Assembly (NCBI GenBank): GCA_965226585.1
Contig: OZ245366.1
Coordinates: 896,001 to 960,000 of the forward strand
From: Thermodesulfobacteriota bacterium
GTDB lineage: Bacteria; Desulfobacterota_D; UBA1144; Nemesobacterales; Mycalebacteriaceae
Direction of reading: 5' to 3'
Length of the DNA: 64,000 bases
Positions 9,687 to 19,015 of the stretch are shown here, piece by piece. A model generated the notes under the pieces. The model was not told where the DNA came from. It ran no database searches and saw nothing but the letters and a program-made list of their open reading frames with translations. Position 1 is the first letter of the stretch; every line of letters starts with the position of its first letter. Made by a program: the position numbers and the translations under genes.

Positions 9687-9993
9687 TTTCTTCCGGCGGA
9701 GCGGAAGGTTGAGATTTTGGGGAAGCGGATGAAATGACGTGAAGTTTCTGCGACATCTTCGCCACATTTCTGGAAGCGTTCTTTTTGTGGATAACGCCTT
9801 TTGAAGCGGCTTTGTCAAAGGCGGAAACAAGTTCCCTGAACATGGAACCCGCAGTGGAAGCGTCTCCCGCTTCAATCGCCTCAAGGAAACCTCTTGTTCT
9901 GGTTCTCAAAGACGATTTAACAAATCTGTTTCTCGCCCTTTTTTTGAGGCTCTGCCTGTGTTTTTTCTTTGCGGATTTTATACGCAACGCCAT
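9664..9993 (-). CDS. rpsT: 30S ribosomal protein S20
   Basis: IKSAKKKHRQSLKKRARN...DKAASKGVIHKKNASR. ATG at 9993. Confidence 0.95.
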   Translation of the reverse strand: MALRIKSAKKKHRQSLKKRARNRFVKSSLRTRTRGFLEAIEAGDASTAGSMFRELVSAFDKAASKGVIHKKNASRNVAKMSQKLHVISSASPKSQPSAPPEETNVSQAD

Positions 9994-10026
9994 AGTTTCA
10001 GCACTCTCCCGCCGATAAGTCCGCAC

Positions 10027-10055
10027 AGTATGCTTTTACAACCGCCCTTTGTCAA
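10027..10055 (-). promoter_or_regulatory. Sigma70-type promoter of rpsT
   Basis: TTGACA-17 nt-CATACT on the minus strand. Confidence 0.65.
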
Positions 10056-10144
10056 GAGAACCCGCGCCCCCGCCCGCCCCCCGCTTTATGAGAGCGCGGC
10101 ATTGTGTGATATGCTTCACTCTCAAACACGGGAGATATTTACCG

Positions 10145-10792
10145 ATGAAGATTTTTCTTGATTCAGCAAACCTTAAAGAGATTCGCCATGCCGCTTCGCT
10201 TGGCGTTATTGACGGCGTTACCACCAATCCGAGCCTTGTTTCAAACGAAGGCGGACAGAAATCGTTCGCTGAACTGGTCAAACAGATATGTTCGGTCGTC
10301 AAAGGCCCGGTGAGCGCGGAGGTTATCTCAACCGACTACCGCAAAATGGTTGACGAAGCCCGCAAACTTGCGAAGATAGACGATTTTGTTGTGGTCAAAA
10401 TGCCACTTACGGAAAACGGCATAAAAGCCACAAAAGCGATTTCATCCGAAGGAATAAGGGTGAACGTTACGCTCATCTTCACGCCGCTGCAAGCCCTTCT
10501 CGCCGCCAAGGCGGGCGCGGCGTACGTTAGCCCGTTCATCGGCAGGCTGGATGATGTTTCCACTTCCGGAATGAATCTGGTTGAAGACATTTCACAGATA
10601 TTCACAAACTATGATTTCGCAACTGAGGTGCTTGTCGCGAGTGTGCGCCATCCCATGCATGTTGTTGAGTCCGCCCTTGTCGCGGCGGATGTGGTTACGC
10701 TTCCCCACAAGGTGCTGATGCAGATGTTCAAGCATCCGCTTTCAGACATCGGTCTGGAGAGATTTCTCTCTGACTGGAAAAAGAAAAAATAA
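10145..10792 (+). CDS. tal: Transaldolase / fructose-6-phosphate aldolase family
   Basis: [39 protein letters not shown]. Confidence 0.93.
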   Translation: MKIFLDSANLKEIRHAASLGVIDGVTTNPSLVSNEGGQKSFAELVKQICSVVKGPVSAEVISTDYRKMVDEARKLAKIDDFVVVKMPLTENGIKATKAISSEGIRVNVTLIFTPLQALLAAKAGAAYVSPFIGRLDDVSTSGMNLVEDISQIFTNYDFATEVLVASVRHPMHVVESALVAADVVTLPHKVLMQMFKHPLSDIGLERFLSDWKKKK

Positions 10793-10810
10793 AACCGCTT
10801 CCGCGTTATT

Positions 10811-11635
10811 TCATTTCGCGCGTTCGCACAGCCGCAGAGCCAGACCGGCAAGCGTGTTTTTGTCGCCTGAAAAATCCTCAAGATGCCCGACCGCTTCACT
10901 CGTGAGAGCGCGGGCTTTTTCTTTCGCGTCTCCCCGCCCTTCTGAATCCAGCGCGTCATCAACCGTTTGAAACGCAAGACCCACGGCTTTTGAATATCTT
11001 TCAAGGGGAGCCATTTGTTTTTCATTCGCCCCCGCCGCAATAGCGCCGCACTTTACCGCCGCCTCTATCAGCGCGCCGGTTTTAAGCGAGTTTATTTCCG
11101 CCGTTTTTTTCTCATCCGCCGTGTCCGCGCTTTCAAGGTCCATCATCTGCCCCACCGCCATTCCGGATTTTCCGGCGCAGTCTGAAACGGTTTTGATAAT
11201 CTCAATCAGTCTTGCGTCTTCAATACCCGCGCTTTTTCCCTCAACCGCGAGAAGCCCGAAAGAATCGGTAAGCAAAAGGTCTCCCGCGAGAATGGCGGTC
11301 GCCTCGCCGAACATTTTGTGAACGGACGGCAATCCTCTTCTCATATCGTCATCATCCATTGAAGGGAGGTCATCGTGAATAAGCGAATAGCAGTGAATCA
11401 TCTCCACCGCGCAGGCGGCGGGCATGGCGCGTTTGATGTTTCCGCCGCTTGCTTCGCAGGCGGCAACGCACAAAACCGGTCTGATTCTTTTTCCGTTTCT
11501 CAGCGCGTGGGCGGCGGCGTTTGCAAGGGTTGGGTGTTTTTCCCGCACAAGCGCGATGTATTGCTCAAGTTTCGCGCCAATCAGTTTTGCCCTGTCTTCA
11601 ATGTAGGCGTCGATTTCCGGGAAGGCGGCGCTCAT
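10811..11635 (-). CDS. ispA: Farnesyl/geranylgeranyl diphosphate synthase
   Basis: GKRIRP, SLIHDDLPSMDDDDMRRG, KTGALI, GLAFQTVDD. Confidence 0.93.
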   Translation of the reverse strand: MSAAFPEIDAYIEDRAKLIGAKLEQYIALVREKHPTLANAAAHALRNGKRIRPVLCVAACEASGGNIKRAMPAACAVEMIHCYSLIHDDLPSMDDDDMRRGLPSVHKMFGEATAILAGDLLLTDSFGLLAVEGKSAGIEDARLIEIIKTVSDCAGKSGMAVGQMMDLESADTADEKKTAEINSLKTGALIEAAVKCGAIAAGANEKQMAPLERYSKAVGLAFQTVDDALDSEGRGDAKEKARALTSEAVGHLEDFSGDKNTLAGLALRLCERAK

Positions 11636-11638
11636 CTG

Positions 11639-11833
11639 TCACTTTTTCTCTTCGCCGTCTTTTTCGCCGAGCATCTCAATTTTTTTGCCGGTATCTTCAA
11701 GTATCAGGCGGCATTCTTTTATCAGTTTTACGCCCGCTTCAAAATTTTTAATCATCTCTTCAAGTGGGATTTCCTTGTTTTCAAGGGAGTCGGAAATTTC
11801 CTTTATCTTTTCCAGTTTTTTCTCAAATGACAT
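11639..11833 (-). CDS. xseB: Exodeoxyribonuclease VII small subunit
   Basis: SFEKKLEKIKEI...LEEMIKNFEAGVKLIKEC. Directly upstream of ispA. Confidence 0.92.
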   Translation of the reverse strand: MSFEKKLEKIKEISDSLENKEIPLEEMIKNFEAGVKLIKECRLILEDTGKKIEMLGEKDGEEKK

Positions 11834-11850
11834 GACGGGAAAAATCGGGC

Positions 11851-11927
<77 letters not shown>

Positions 11928-11938
11928 ACAGTTCCTGT

Positions 11939-11966
11939 ATTCTACACGCCAGAGCGTCCCGGTCAA
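11939..11966 (-). promoter_or_regulatory. Promoter of tRNA-fMet
   Basis: TTGACC-16 nt-TAGAAT on the minus strand. The -35 overlaps the hemC stop. Confidence 0.6.
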
Positions 11967-12865
11967 TCGCCGCCGCGAGTTTTTGATATAACCGCGTCCG
12001 CTATTTCCGCTCCTGCTCTAACGCAGTTCTCTTTGTCCGTTTCAATCTTTTCCCTGTAAATCTCTCCGTCTTCAGAAAGCATGGCGGTTATTTTCACTTT
12101 TCCTCCGCTCTCTGTCGCGTAGCATCCGGCGGGAATATCGCAGTTTCCGCCAAGCCGCGCGAGAAAACTCCGCTCCACATCCGCGCACAGGCGCGACCGT
12201 GAGCACTCAATCGCAGTTGTCATTTCAGCGATTTTGTCATCACCCTCGCGCCGCTCAACCGCAAGCGCGCCCTGCCCCGGAGCCGGAATAAAATCTTCAG
12301 GGTTAAACCTGCTTGCCGCTCTGCCCTCTATTTGCAGGCGCGAAAGCGCGGCGCTTGCCAGCACAATCGCGTCAAACTCTCCCGAATCCATTTTGTCCAC
12401 CCTCGTTCCGATGTTGCCCCGAATCGGGCTGATAAAAACTCCGCTTCTTACGGCGAGTATCTGGCAACTTCTCCTTGCGCTTCCCGTTCCGATTTTCGCG
12501 CCGTCTTTCAAAGATTCAATATCCGCGCCCGGCTCCGTTCCCTTTGGAAACAGAACACAGTCCGAAGGGTCTTCCCTTCGGGGAACCGCGCCGATAACAA
12601 GCCCGTCCGGAAGAATGGACGGCAGGTCTTTCATGCTGTGAACCGCAATATCTATGGAGCCGTCAAGAAGCGCGTTTTCAATCTCTTTTACGAAAATCCC
12701 CTTGCCGCCCTCTTGCGCGACAGGCGCGGGCGCGGTGTCGCCCGAGGTTTTTATGAAAACAAATTCGGTTTCCAGCCCGGCAAATTTTTCCCGCAAAAGT
12801 CCGCCCACTCCGAGGGCTTGAACCCTTGCGAGAGGGCTACCCCTGCTTCCTATCCTTATCTTCAT
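11963..12865 (-). CDS. hemC: Hydroxymethylbilane synthase
   Basis: KIRIGSRGSPLARVQA, GKGIFVKEIE, AVHSMKD, GTGSARR, RGNIGTR, LGGNC. Confidence 0.96.
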   Translation of the reverse strand: MKIRIGSRGSPLARVQALGVGGLLREKFAGLETEFVFIKTSGDTAPAPVAQEGGKGIFVKEIENALLDGSIDIAVHSMKDLPSILPDGLVIGAVPRREDPSDCVLFPKGTEPGADIESLKDGAKIGTGSARRSCQILAVRSGVFISPIRGNIGTRVDKMDSGEFDAIVLASAALSRLQIEGRAASRFNPEDFIPAPGQGALAVERREGDDKIAEMTTAIECSRSRLCADVERSFLARLGGNCDIPAGCYATESGGKVKITAMLSEDGEIYREKIETDKENCVRAGAEIADAVISKTRGGD

Positions 12866-14180
12866 TTTCAGATGAGCCGGCGGTTTCATAGAGGTCAAAA
12901 AGTTTCTTCACGGTGTCAGCATACAGTTTCGCTTCGGGCGAAAGCGCGGCTTCCCGCTTCAGTTTTGTTACCGGCGTGTGCAGAAATTTTCCCGCGAGCC
13001 GGTCTGCCAGATCCCTCACGATGCCGTCCCTTTCCTCTTTGCCAAGGTCGCCCGTTTTCTCAAGGGCGTCCATGCGGGAGATGGCTTTGATGATTTCCTC
13101 CTCCGCCGCTCTGCCCGTTTTCTTTCTGAGTTCCACAATAAGCGGAAACGCTTTCAGCCCGTCACGCCACGAGATAAACTTTTCGCTCAAAGCCCGTATC
13201 ATCTCCTCCGCCATGTCAACGCTCTTTCGCAAACTGTCAAGATTTTTGTCAACTATGTTCTGAAGGTCGTCCATGTCGTAAAGGAAAACGCCCTCAATAT
13301 TCCGCGCTTTCGGGTCAACATCTCTCGGAAACGCTATGTCAATCAGCGACACGGGGCGGTTTTTTCTCAACTTCATCGCGTCTGAAAGGTCGCCCGTTTT
13401 CAGTATGTAGTTTGCCGAACCCGTTGCCGTTATAACAATGTCCGTCTGTCTCATCCACAGCCCTATCTCTCCGATGCCGATGGTTTTTCCACCCACAGAC
13501 GATGCCAGTTTTGCCGCCTCTTTTTTGTCTCTTCCGGCGATTCTTATCTCTCCCGCTCCGCGTTTTGCCAGTTCTGTTGCCGCTTCCGCCGCCGCTTCAC
13601 CGGTTCCCACAACCATCACCCGGCATTTTTCAATGTCGCCGAATATGTTTTTCGCGAGCTTTACCGCCACCGAACTGACAGAAACCGTGTGAGAGCCGAA
13701 ACCGGTTTCGTTCTTTATCTTCTTCGTTGAAGAAAACGCGCTTTGGAAAAGTTTGTTAAGCACCGGTCCCGCCGCGCCGTTTTCAAGGGCGGTTTCATAG
13801 GAGCGTTTCAACTGCCCCAGTATTTGCGGCTCTCCCACAACCATTGAGTCAAGCCCCGCGGCTACTCTGTAAAGATGGCTCACGGCGTCTGCCCCTTCAA
13901 GAAAGTAAAACTTTTTCTCTATAAATTCGTTTCCGGCGCGGCCGTCCATATCGCACAGAAATCCGGAAATGGTGTCAAAGCACCGGTTGCCGTCTTCACA
14001 CGCGGCGTATATTTCAACCCTGTTGCAGGTTGAAACTATCACGCATTCGCTCATGGAAGGCGCAGACACAAGAGCGCGCAGGGCGTCTCCCGTTCCGGCT
14101 CCTTCGCTAAAGGAAAACCGCTCGCGCTCTTCAATCGGCGAGGTTTTGTGGTTTATTCCGCAAACAACTACGTTTTCCAT
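12837..14180 (-). CDS. hemA: Glutamyl-tRNA reductase
   Basis: GINHKT, STCNRVE, GLDSMVVGEPQILGQ, DIAFPRDVD. Confidence 0.96.
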   Translation of the reverse strand: MENVVVCGINHKTSPIEERERFSFSEGAGTGDALRALVSAPSMSECVIVSTCNRVEIYAACEDGNRCFDTISGFLCDMDGRAGNEFIEKKFYFLEGADAVSHLYRVAAGLDSMVVGEPQILGQLKRSYETALENGAAGPVLNKLFQSAFSSTKKIKNETGFGSHTVSVSSVAVKLAKNIFGDIEKCRVMVVGTGEAAAEAATELAKRGAGEIRIAGRDKKEAAKLASSVGGKTIGIGEIGLWMRQTDIVITATGSANYILKTGDLSDAMKLRKNRPVSLIDIAFPRDVDPKARNIEGVFLYDMDDLQNIVDKNLDSLRKSVDMAEEMIRALSEKFISWRDGLKAFPLIVELRKKTGRAAEEEIIKAISRMDALEKTGDLGKEERDGIVRDLADRLAGKFLHTPVTKLKREAALSPEAKLYADTVKKLFDLYETAGSSENEDKDRKQG

Positions 14181-14192
14181 CTTCCGCCGCCT

Positions 14193-14750
14193 TTACAGGC
14201 TGTTCTCCTTTATAAGGCTCAAAAACTCCTCTCTTGACCGCTCATCGCTTCTGAAAAGCCCGTTCATTGAACTCGTTATCATGCTCGCCCTTGCTTTTTT
14301 CACACCCCTCATTGCCATACAAAGATGGTATCCCTTCACAACAACAGCCACGCCTTTGGGCGAAAGCGCGTCTTTAAGCAGGTTTGCTATCTGCACGGTC
14401 ATTCTTTCCTGTACTTGCAGGCGTCTTGAAAATACTTCAATAATGCGAGGTATTTTACTCAAACCAATAATTTTTCCATTCGGGATATACGCCACATGGC
14501 ATTTGCCGAAGAAGGGAAGCATATGGTGTTCGCAAAGACTGTAAAACTCGGTGTCTTTCACAATCACCATTTCGTCATAATCTATTTCATAGACTGCTTC
14601 GCGGGCTATTGCGGCGGGGTCTTTGCCGTAGCCGTTGGTTATTTCGGCAAACATCTTCTCAATACGGCGCGGAGTGCCTTCCAGCCCTTCCCTTGACGGG
14701 TCTTCGCCTATTTCGTTCAGAATATCGTTTACCGCTTCTTTAATTCCCAT
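14193..14750 (-). CDS. folE: GTP cyclohydrolase I
   Basis: GEDPSREGL..TPRR, SLCEHHMLPF, RRLQVQER, HLCMAMRG. Confidence 0.97.
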   Translation of the reverse strand: MGIKEAVNDILNEIGEDPSREGLEGTPRRIEKMFAEITNGYGKDPAAIAREAVYEIDYDEMVIVKDTEFYSLCEHHMLPFFGKCHVAYIPNGKIIGLSKIPRIIEVFSRRLQVQERMTVQIANLLKDALSPKGVAVVVKGYHLCMAMRGVKKARASMITSSMNGLFRSDERSREEFLSLIKENSL

Positions 14751-16306
14751 GACACACCCTTCCCTTTTGAATCAATTTTGTCTGTTTGTCCGGCAAATTG
14801 CGAAAGGAAAACCTTTGCCCCCGGTTCAATGCGCGACAGAAACGGGCTTGGATACACGCCCATAAACACAACCGCCGCCGCCATTGACAGTATAAGCCCC
14901 GCCTCTCTGAGATTTATATCCGTGAGGTTTTTGTTTTCATCTTTTTTCAGGGGCCCGAAAAACACCTTCTGCACGGCTTTCAGCATATACACCGCTCCCA
15001 GAATCACCCCCGAACCCGCGAGCGCGGCATACACGTAACTTATTTTGAAAGCGCCCAGAAGCACAAGAAATTCTCCCACAAATCCGTTCAGCAATGGAAG
15101 CCCGACTGACGCGAGCGAGAACAGGATGAAAAACGCCGCGAAAACCGGCATCACAGACGCTATGCCGCCGAATTCGCTTATCTTTTTCGTGTGCCGTCTT
15201 TCATAGACCATTCCCACCATCATAAACAGCGCGCTTGTTGAGATGCCGTGAGCGAGCATATGAAAAACCGCGCCCTGCATTCCCTGAATATTCGGCAGTG
15301 TTATGCCGAGAACGATTATTCCCATGTGGCTGACGCTTGAATAGGCGACAAGTTTTTTAAGGTCTTTTTGCGCGAAAGCGACCATTGCGCCGTATATCAC
15401 GCCCGCAATTGCCGCCATAGACAGAAACGGCATAAACGCGGCGGATGCTTCGGGGAAGAACGGGAAAAGCAGGCGCAGGATTCCGTAGATTCCAAGTTTC
15501 AGCAAAATCCCCGCGAGGATAACGCTTCCGGCGGTTGGGGCTTCCACGTGGGCATCGGGGAGCCATGTGTGAAAAGGCACAACGGGAACTTTTATCGCGA
15601 AAGCGAGAAGGAAAGCCGCGAACATAAGCCCCTGCGGACTCAAAAATCCATCAAATGCCGTGCTGACGTTTTGCAAATCCGCCATTGCCATGGATGGGTT
15701 TCCGAACTGGTTTATATGGGCGGAATACAGGTAGAAAATCGCCCCAAGCATAAGCGCGCTTCCAAAGGCGGTGTAGATAAAAAACTTTACCGCCGCGTAC
15801 ACCCTTCTTTCCGTTCCCCAGACGCCGATAAGGAAATACATTGGGATAAGAACGGCTTCCCAGAACAGGAAGAACAGGATTATGTCCATTGAAATCAGTG
15901 TTCCGATGATTGCGGTTTCAATTATCAGTATCAGCGAGAAGAATGTTTTAACCTTCGTTTCCGCCGTGTTCCACGAACTTAAAATCGCGAACGGGGTGAG
16001 GAAAGTTGTGAGCATAACAAGCAGAATGCTCAGCCAGTCCACACCCACTGAGTAGGTGATGCCGAGATCCGGCATCCATTGCGCGTTTTGCGTGAACTGC
16101 ATTGTTCCGGTTTCGGGCGAGAAGTTTGTGAACAGCGGGATTGAGACGGCAAAAACCAGCGCGCTTACGGCGAGGGATGCGTATTTGAATATGGTATCAG
16201 ACAGTTTTGCGGCTGTGTTGATGAGGACAATAAGGCACACTCCCGCAAGCGGCAGGAAGGCGATGAGGGTTAGATTTCCCTCAAAAACAGTATTGAGATA
16301 TGACAA
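14729..16306 (-). CDS. nuoM: NADH-quinone oxidoreductase subunit M (antiporter-like)
   Basis: FLFWEAVLIPMY, AFAIKVPVVPFHTWLPDAHVEAPT, LKKLVAYSSVSHMG, GLPLLNGFVGEF. Confidence 0.93.
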   Translation of the reverse strand: MSYLNTVFEGNLTLIAFLPLAGVCLIVLINTAAKLSDTIFKYASLAVSALVFAVSIPLFTNFSPETGTMQFTQNAQWMPDLGITYSVGVDWLSILLVMLTTFLTPFAILSSWNTAETKVKTFFSLILIIETAIIGTLISMDIILFFLFWEAVLIPMYFLIGVWGTERRVYAAVKFFIYTAFGSALMLGAIFYLYSAHINQFGNPSMAMADLQNVSTAFDGFLSPQGLMFAAFLLAFAIKVPVVPFHTWLPDAHVEAPTAGSVILAGILLKLGIYGILRLLFPFFPEASAAFMPFLSMAAIAGVIYGAMVAFAQKDLKKLVAYSSVSHMGIIVLGITLPNIQGMQGAVFHMLAHGISTSALFMMVGMVYERRHTKKISEFGGIASVMPVFAAFFILFSLASVGLPLLNGFVGEFLVLLGAFKISYVYAALAGSGVILGAVYMLKAVQKVFFGPLKKDENKNLTDINLREAGLILSMAAAVVFMGVYPSPFLSRIEPGAKVFLSQFAGQTDKIDSKGKGVSWELKKR

Positions 16307-16415
16307 AAGATCAGCCCCGAAAATAAGGTCTTATCAGCCGATTACTCTATATCGCCTATGGTTGTATCTCAATAGAGAGAAAGAGAAATTGTTGGACTGC
16401 GGCAGGATTTATAGA

Positions 16416-17186
16416 TTATATCTCAACAATGAATGATACGCCAAGATTGACAGTATCTTCAAAATCAAAAAAGACATCATTAACATCTCCGTGTACTAAC
16501 ATTTGGTAAGAAGCAAACGGAGCAATCCAAAAACTACTTTCTCTACCAAGACGAAAAGCGGACATCAAACCAGTGGTCAGAAAACCTGCTGACACATCAA
16601 GATCAAGAATGTTCACAGGTACTGCTACTGCCTCGCCATCCCTAATAATAACTGCAAGAGTGTCTGCCTTGAAATTCCCCTTGCTATAAGAGTAATTTAA
16701 AGACGGAATAATGGATACAAGACTGTTTGCCTTTAGTTCAAAACCGGTTTCCACCCCAAATACAGAACTATCTCTCGAGGCAAGCGCGCCTATTTGCTCT
16801 TTTTTGTAAGAAAACCCGGTACTGATATACGGGTCTACAAGTTCGTCCGGTAAAAAGTGAAACAGAATTCCGGGAGATACCTGATATGAGTATAAGTCAG
16901 ATTCGCTGGATTGAATCAAGTAGTCCACGCCAAACCCAATACTGATATTCCGATGAACACTTGCGCGTCCATTTTGGGAGATGCCGTTCTTCCAGTCTCT
17001 ACTGTCAATGCCTTTGATGAAAGATGATGTAGTAAAATAGATGTGCTTACTCAGAAGCCCTTTATTGTGCCCCCCCTCTTCTGAACTTCCAGATGCGTTT
17101 ACATTGGAAACACAACTAAAAACAACGAACAGAACAAGAAACAACTTGGCGAAATGAAACATTTTTGCTTCCTCCATACTAACCAC
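16416..17186 (-). CDS. Outer-membrane beta-barrel protein (AT-rich)
   Basis: Signal peptide ending NVNA, alternating amphipathic strands (VDPYISTGFSY, IIPSLNYSY, VNLGVSFIV). Exact start uncertain. Confidence 0.65.
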   Translation of the reverse strand: MVSMEEAKMFHFAKLFLVLFVVFSCVSNVNASGSSEEGGHNKGLLSKHIYFTTSSFIKGIDSRDWKNGISQNGRASVHRNISIGFGVDYLIQSSESDLYSYQVSPGILFHFLPDELVDPYISTGFSYKKEQIGALASRDSSVFGVETGFELKANSLVSIIPSLNYSYSKGNFKADTLAVIIRDGEAVAVPVNILDLDVSAGFLTTGLMSAFRLGRESSFWIAPFASYQMLVHGDVNDVFFDFEDTVNLGVSFIVEI

Positions 17187-17360
17187 TTAAACAGAGTTGA
17201 AGCGTCTGATTATTACCACAAGGGTCTTGTATTTATCAGAGATCCGACCAAACGGGTTCCTTTTAAGTATTAGCGGAATCTAATCTAAAGGGAAATGGAA
17301 AACTGTCAACACGACAAACTTGACCTTTCAAACTCCTCATCAATTCATAATAATTACGTA

Positions 17361-18998
17361 ATGCCTTTTGACTACAAAGCCCTACGCGCTTCGTGGGAAT
17401 GGAACATTCCGCAGAAATTTAATATCGGCGTTGACTGCGTTGACAGACACGCCGCTAACCCCGAAACGGCGGAGAAACCCGCGCTTATCTTTGACAGCGG
17501 AAAAGGACTCGTTTCCACATACACATTTTCAAACCTGAAATCAGAAACAAACAAAATCGCAAACGCCCTTCTCTCCTCAGGCATAGAACAGACAGACAGA
17601 ATCGTGATTATGCTTGATAACATTCCTGAGTTTCCGTTCGCTTTTATTTCCGCCCTCAAAATCGGCGCGATTCCCATTCCCGCAAGCGCGATGCTGACGG
17701 CGGATGAAATCGCGCACATCCTTAACGACAGCGGCGCGAAAGCCGTTGTTACATCGCCGGAACTTTACGGGAACATTGAAACCGCAAGGGGCAAATGCCC
17801 GGAATTGAAAACAGTTTTTATTACGGACGGATTTACGAACGGCGCGAAAACTCCCGCCAGTTGTGTTGACCTTGACGAACTCACCGCAAACGCCCCCGAA
17901 GATTTGAAACCGGCGGACACACTTGCGGAAGATATCGCCTACATCTGCTACACATCAGGAACAACCGGAGAACCCAAAGGAGTGGCCCACGCTCACAGGT
18001 CTGTTATCGGGCGCGACCCGGCGGCGGTTTTTTGGACGGGCGTAAATGAACGCCCGGTTGTTTTTCACGCGGGAAAACTGAACTGGACTTACACCCTCGG
18101 CGCGGGATGCCTCGACCCATGGCGGCACGGATGCGCTTGCGTTATCTATGGCGGCGAATACGAGCCGCTTAAAATGTTTGAACTGATTGAAAAATACAAA
18201 GTGAATGTTTTTATGACCGTGCCAACTGTTTTCAGACAAATGGCAAGAGCCGCGGGCGGGAAGTCTCCAAACAACATTTCCACCCTTACCCACTGCCTCA
18301 GCGCGGGAGAACATTTGAGCGCGGAACTGTTTGCGGTATGGAAAAACACCCTCGGCGTTTCACTTTACGAAGGGCTCGGAATGAGCGAGTTCAGTTACTA
18401 CATATCAAATATGCGGGCAATGGAAATCAAACCCGGCTCTCCGGGCTTGCCTCAGCCGGGAAGAAAATGCTTTCTCGCAGACCCCGAAACCTGCAAGCCC
18501 GTTCCCGCAGACACCGAAGGCGTTCTCTGCTCAGCCCCCGGTGACCCCGGAATTATGCTCGGCTACTGGAACCGCCCCGATGAAACACGCGCCATGTACT
18601 CAAAAAAAGGCGACTTTGTGAGCGGCGATTACTTCACTCAAGACAAAGACGGCTACCTTTGGACGCTCGGAAGAAAAGACGACATGATAAACAGTTTTGG
18701 ATACAGAATATCGCCGTTTGAAGTGGAAACCGCGATTATGAAACACGGCAACATAAGCGACTGCGCGGTCGCGGGAATTGACTCAGGCGAAGGGAAAACT
18801 ATCTCAACCGCTTTCGTTGTTCCGCAAAACTCAGACGCGCAAGAATTACTGAAAAAAGATTTGCAAACCTTTCTCTCCGCCCGCCTCGCGCCCTATAAAA
18901 TCCCCAAAGAAATAGTGTTCACAAACTCAATACCGCGAACAAAAAACGGAAAGAAAAAACGCAGGGAACTGCGCCTGAAATTCGCCTCGCGCCCTTAA
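17361..18998 (+). CDS. Acyl-CoA synthetase / AMP-binding ligase
   Basis: YTSGTTGEPKG, YEGLGMSE, GRKDDMINSFGYRISPFEVE, PRTKNGK. ATG 17361 preferred over 17295. Confidence 0.92.
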   Translation: MPFDYKALRASWEWNIPQKFNIGVDCVDRHAANPETAEKPALIFDSGKGLVSTYTFSNLKSETNKIANALLSSGIEQTDRIVIMLDNIPEFPFAFISALKIGAIPIPASAMLTADEIAHILNDSGAKAVVTSPELYGNIETARGKCPELKTVFITDGFTNGAKTPASCVDLDELTANAPEDLKPADTLAEDIAYICYTSGTTGEPKGVAHAHRSVIGRDPAAVFWTGVNERPVVFHAGKLNWTYTLGAGCLDPWRHGCACVIYGGEYEPLKMFELIEKYKVNVFMTVPTVFRQMARAAGGKSPNNISTLTHCLSAGEHLSAELFAVWKNTLGVSLYEGLGMSEFSYYISNMRAMEIKPGSPGLPQPGRKCFLADPETCKPVPADTEGVLCSAPGDPGIMLGYWNRPDETRAMYSKKGDFVSGDYFTQDKDGYLWTLGRKDDMINSFGYRISPFEVETAIMKHGNISDCAVAGIDSGEGKTISTAFVVPQNSDAQELLKKDLQTFLSARLAPYKIPKEIVFTNSIPRTKNGKKKRRELRLKFASRP

Positions 18999-19015
18999 AC
19001 TCTGTCAGCAGACCG

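Noticed and set aside
12332..13090. 252-aa plus-strand ORF
   Set aside because: Antisense to hemC/hemA, with Arg/Pro-rich composition typical of shadow frames.
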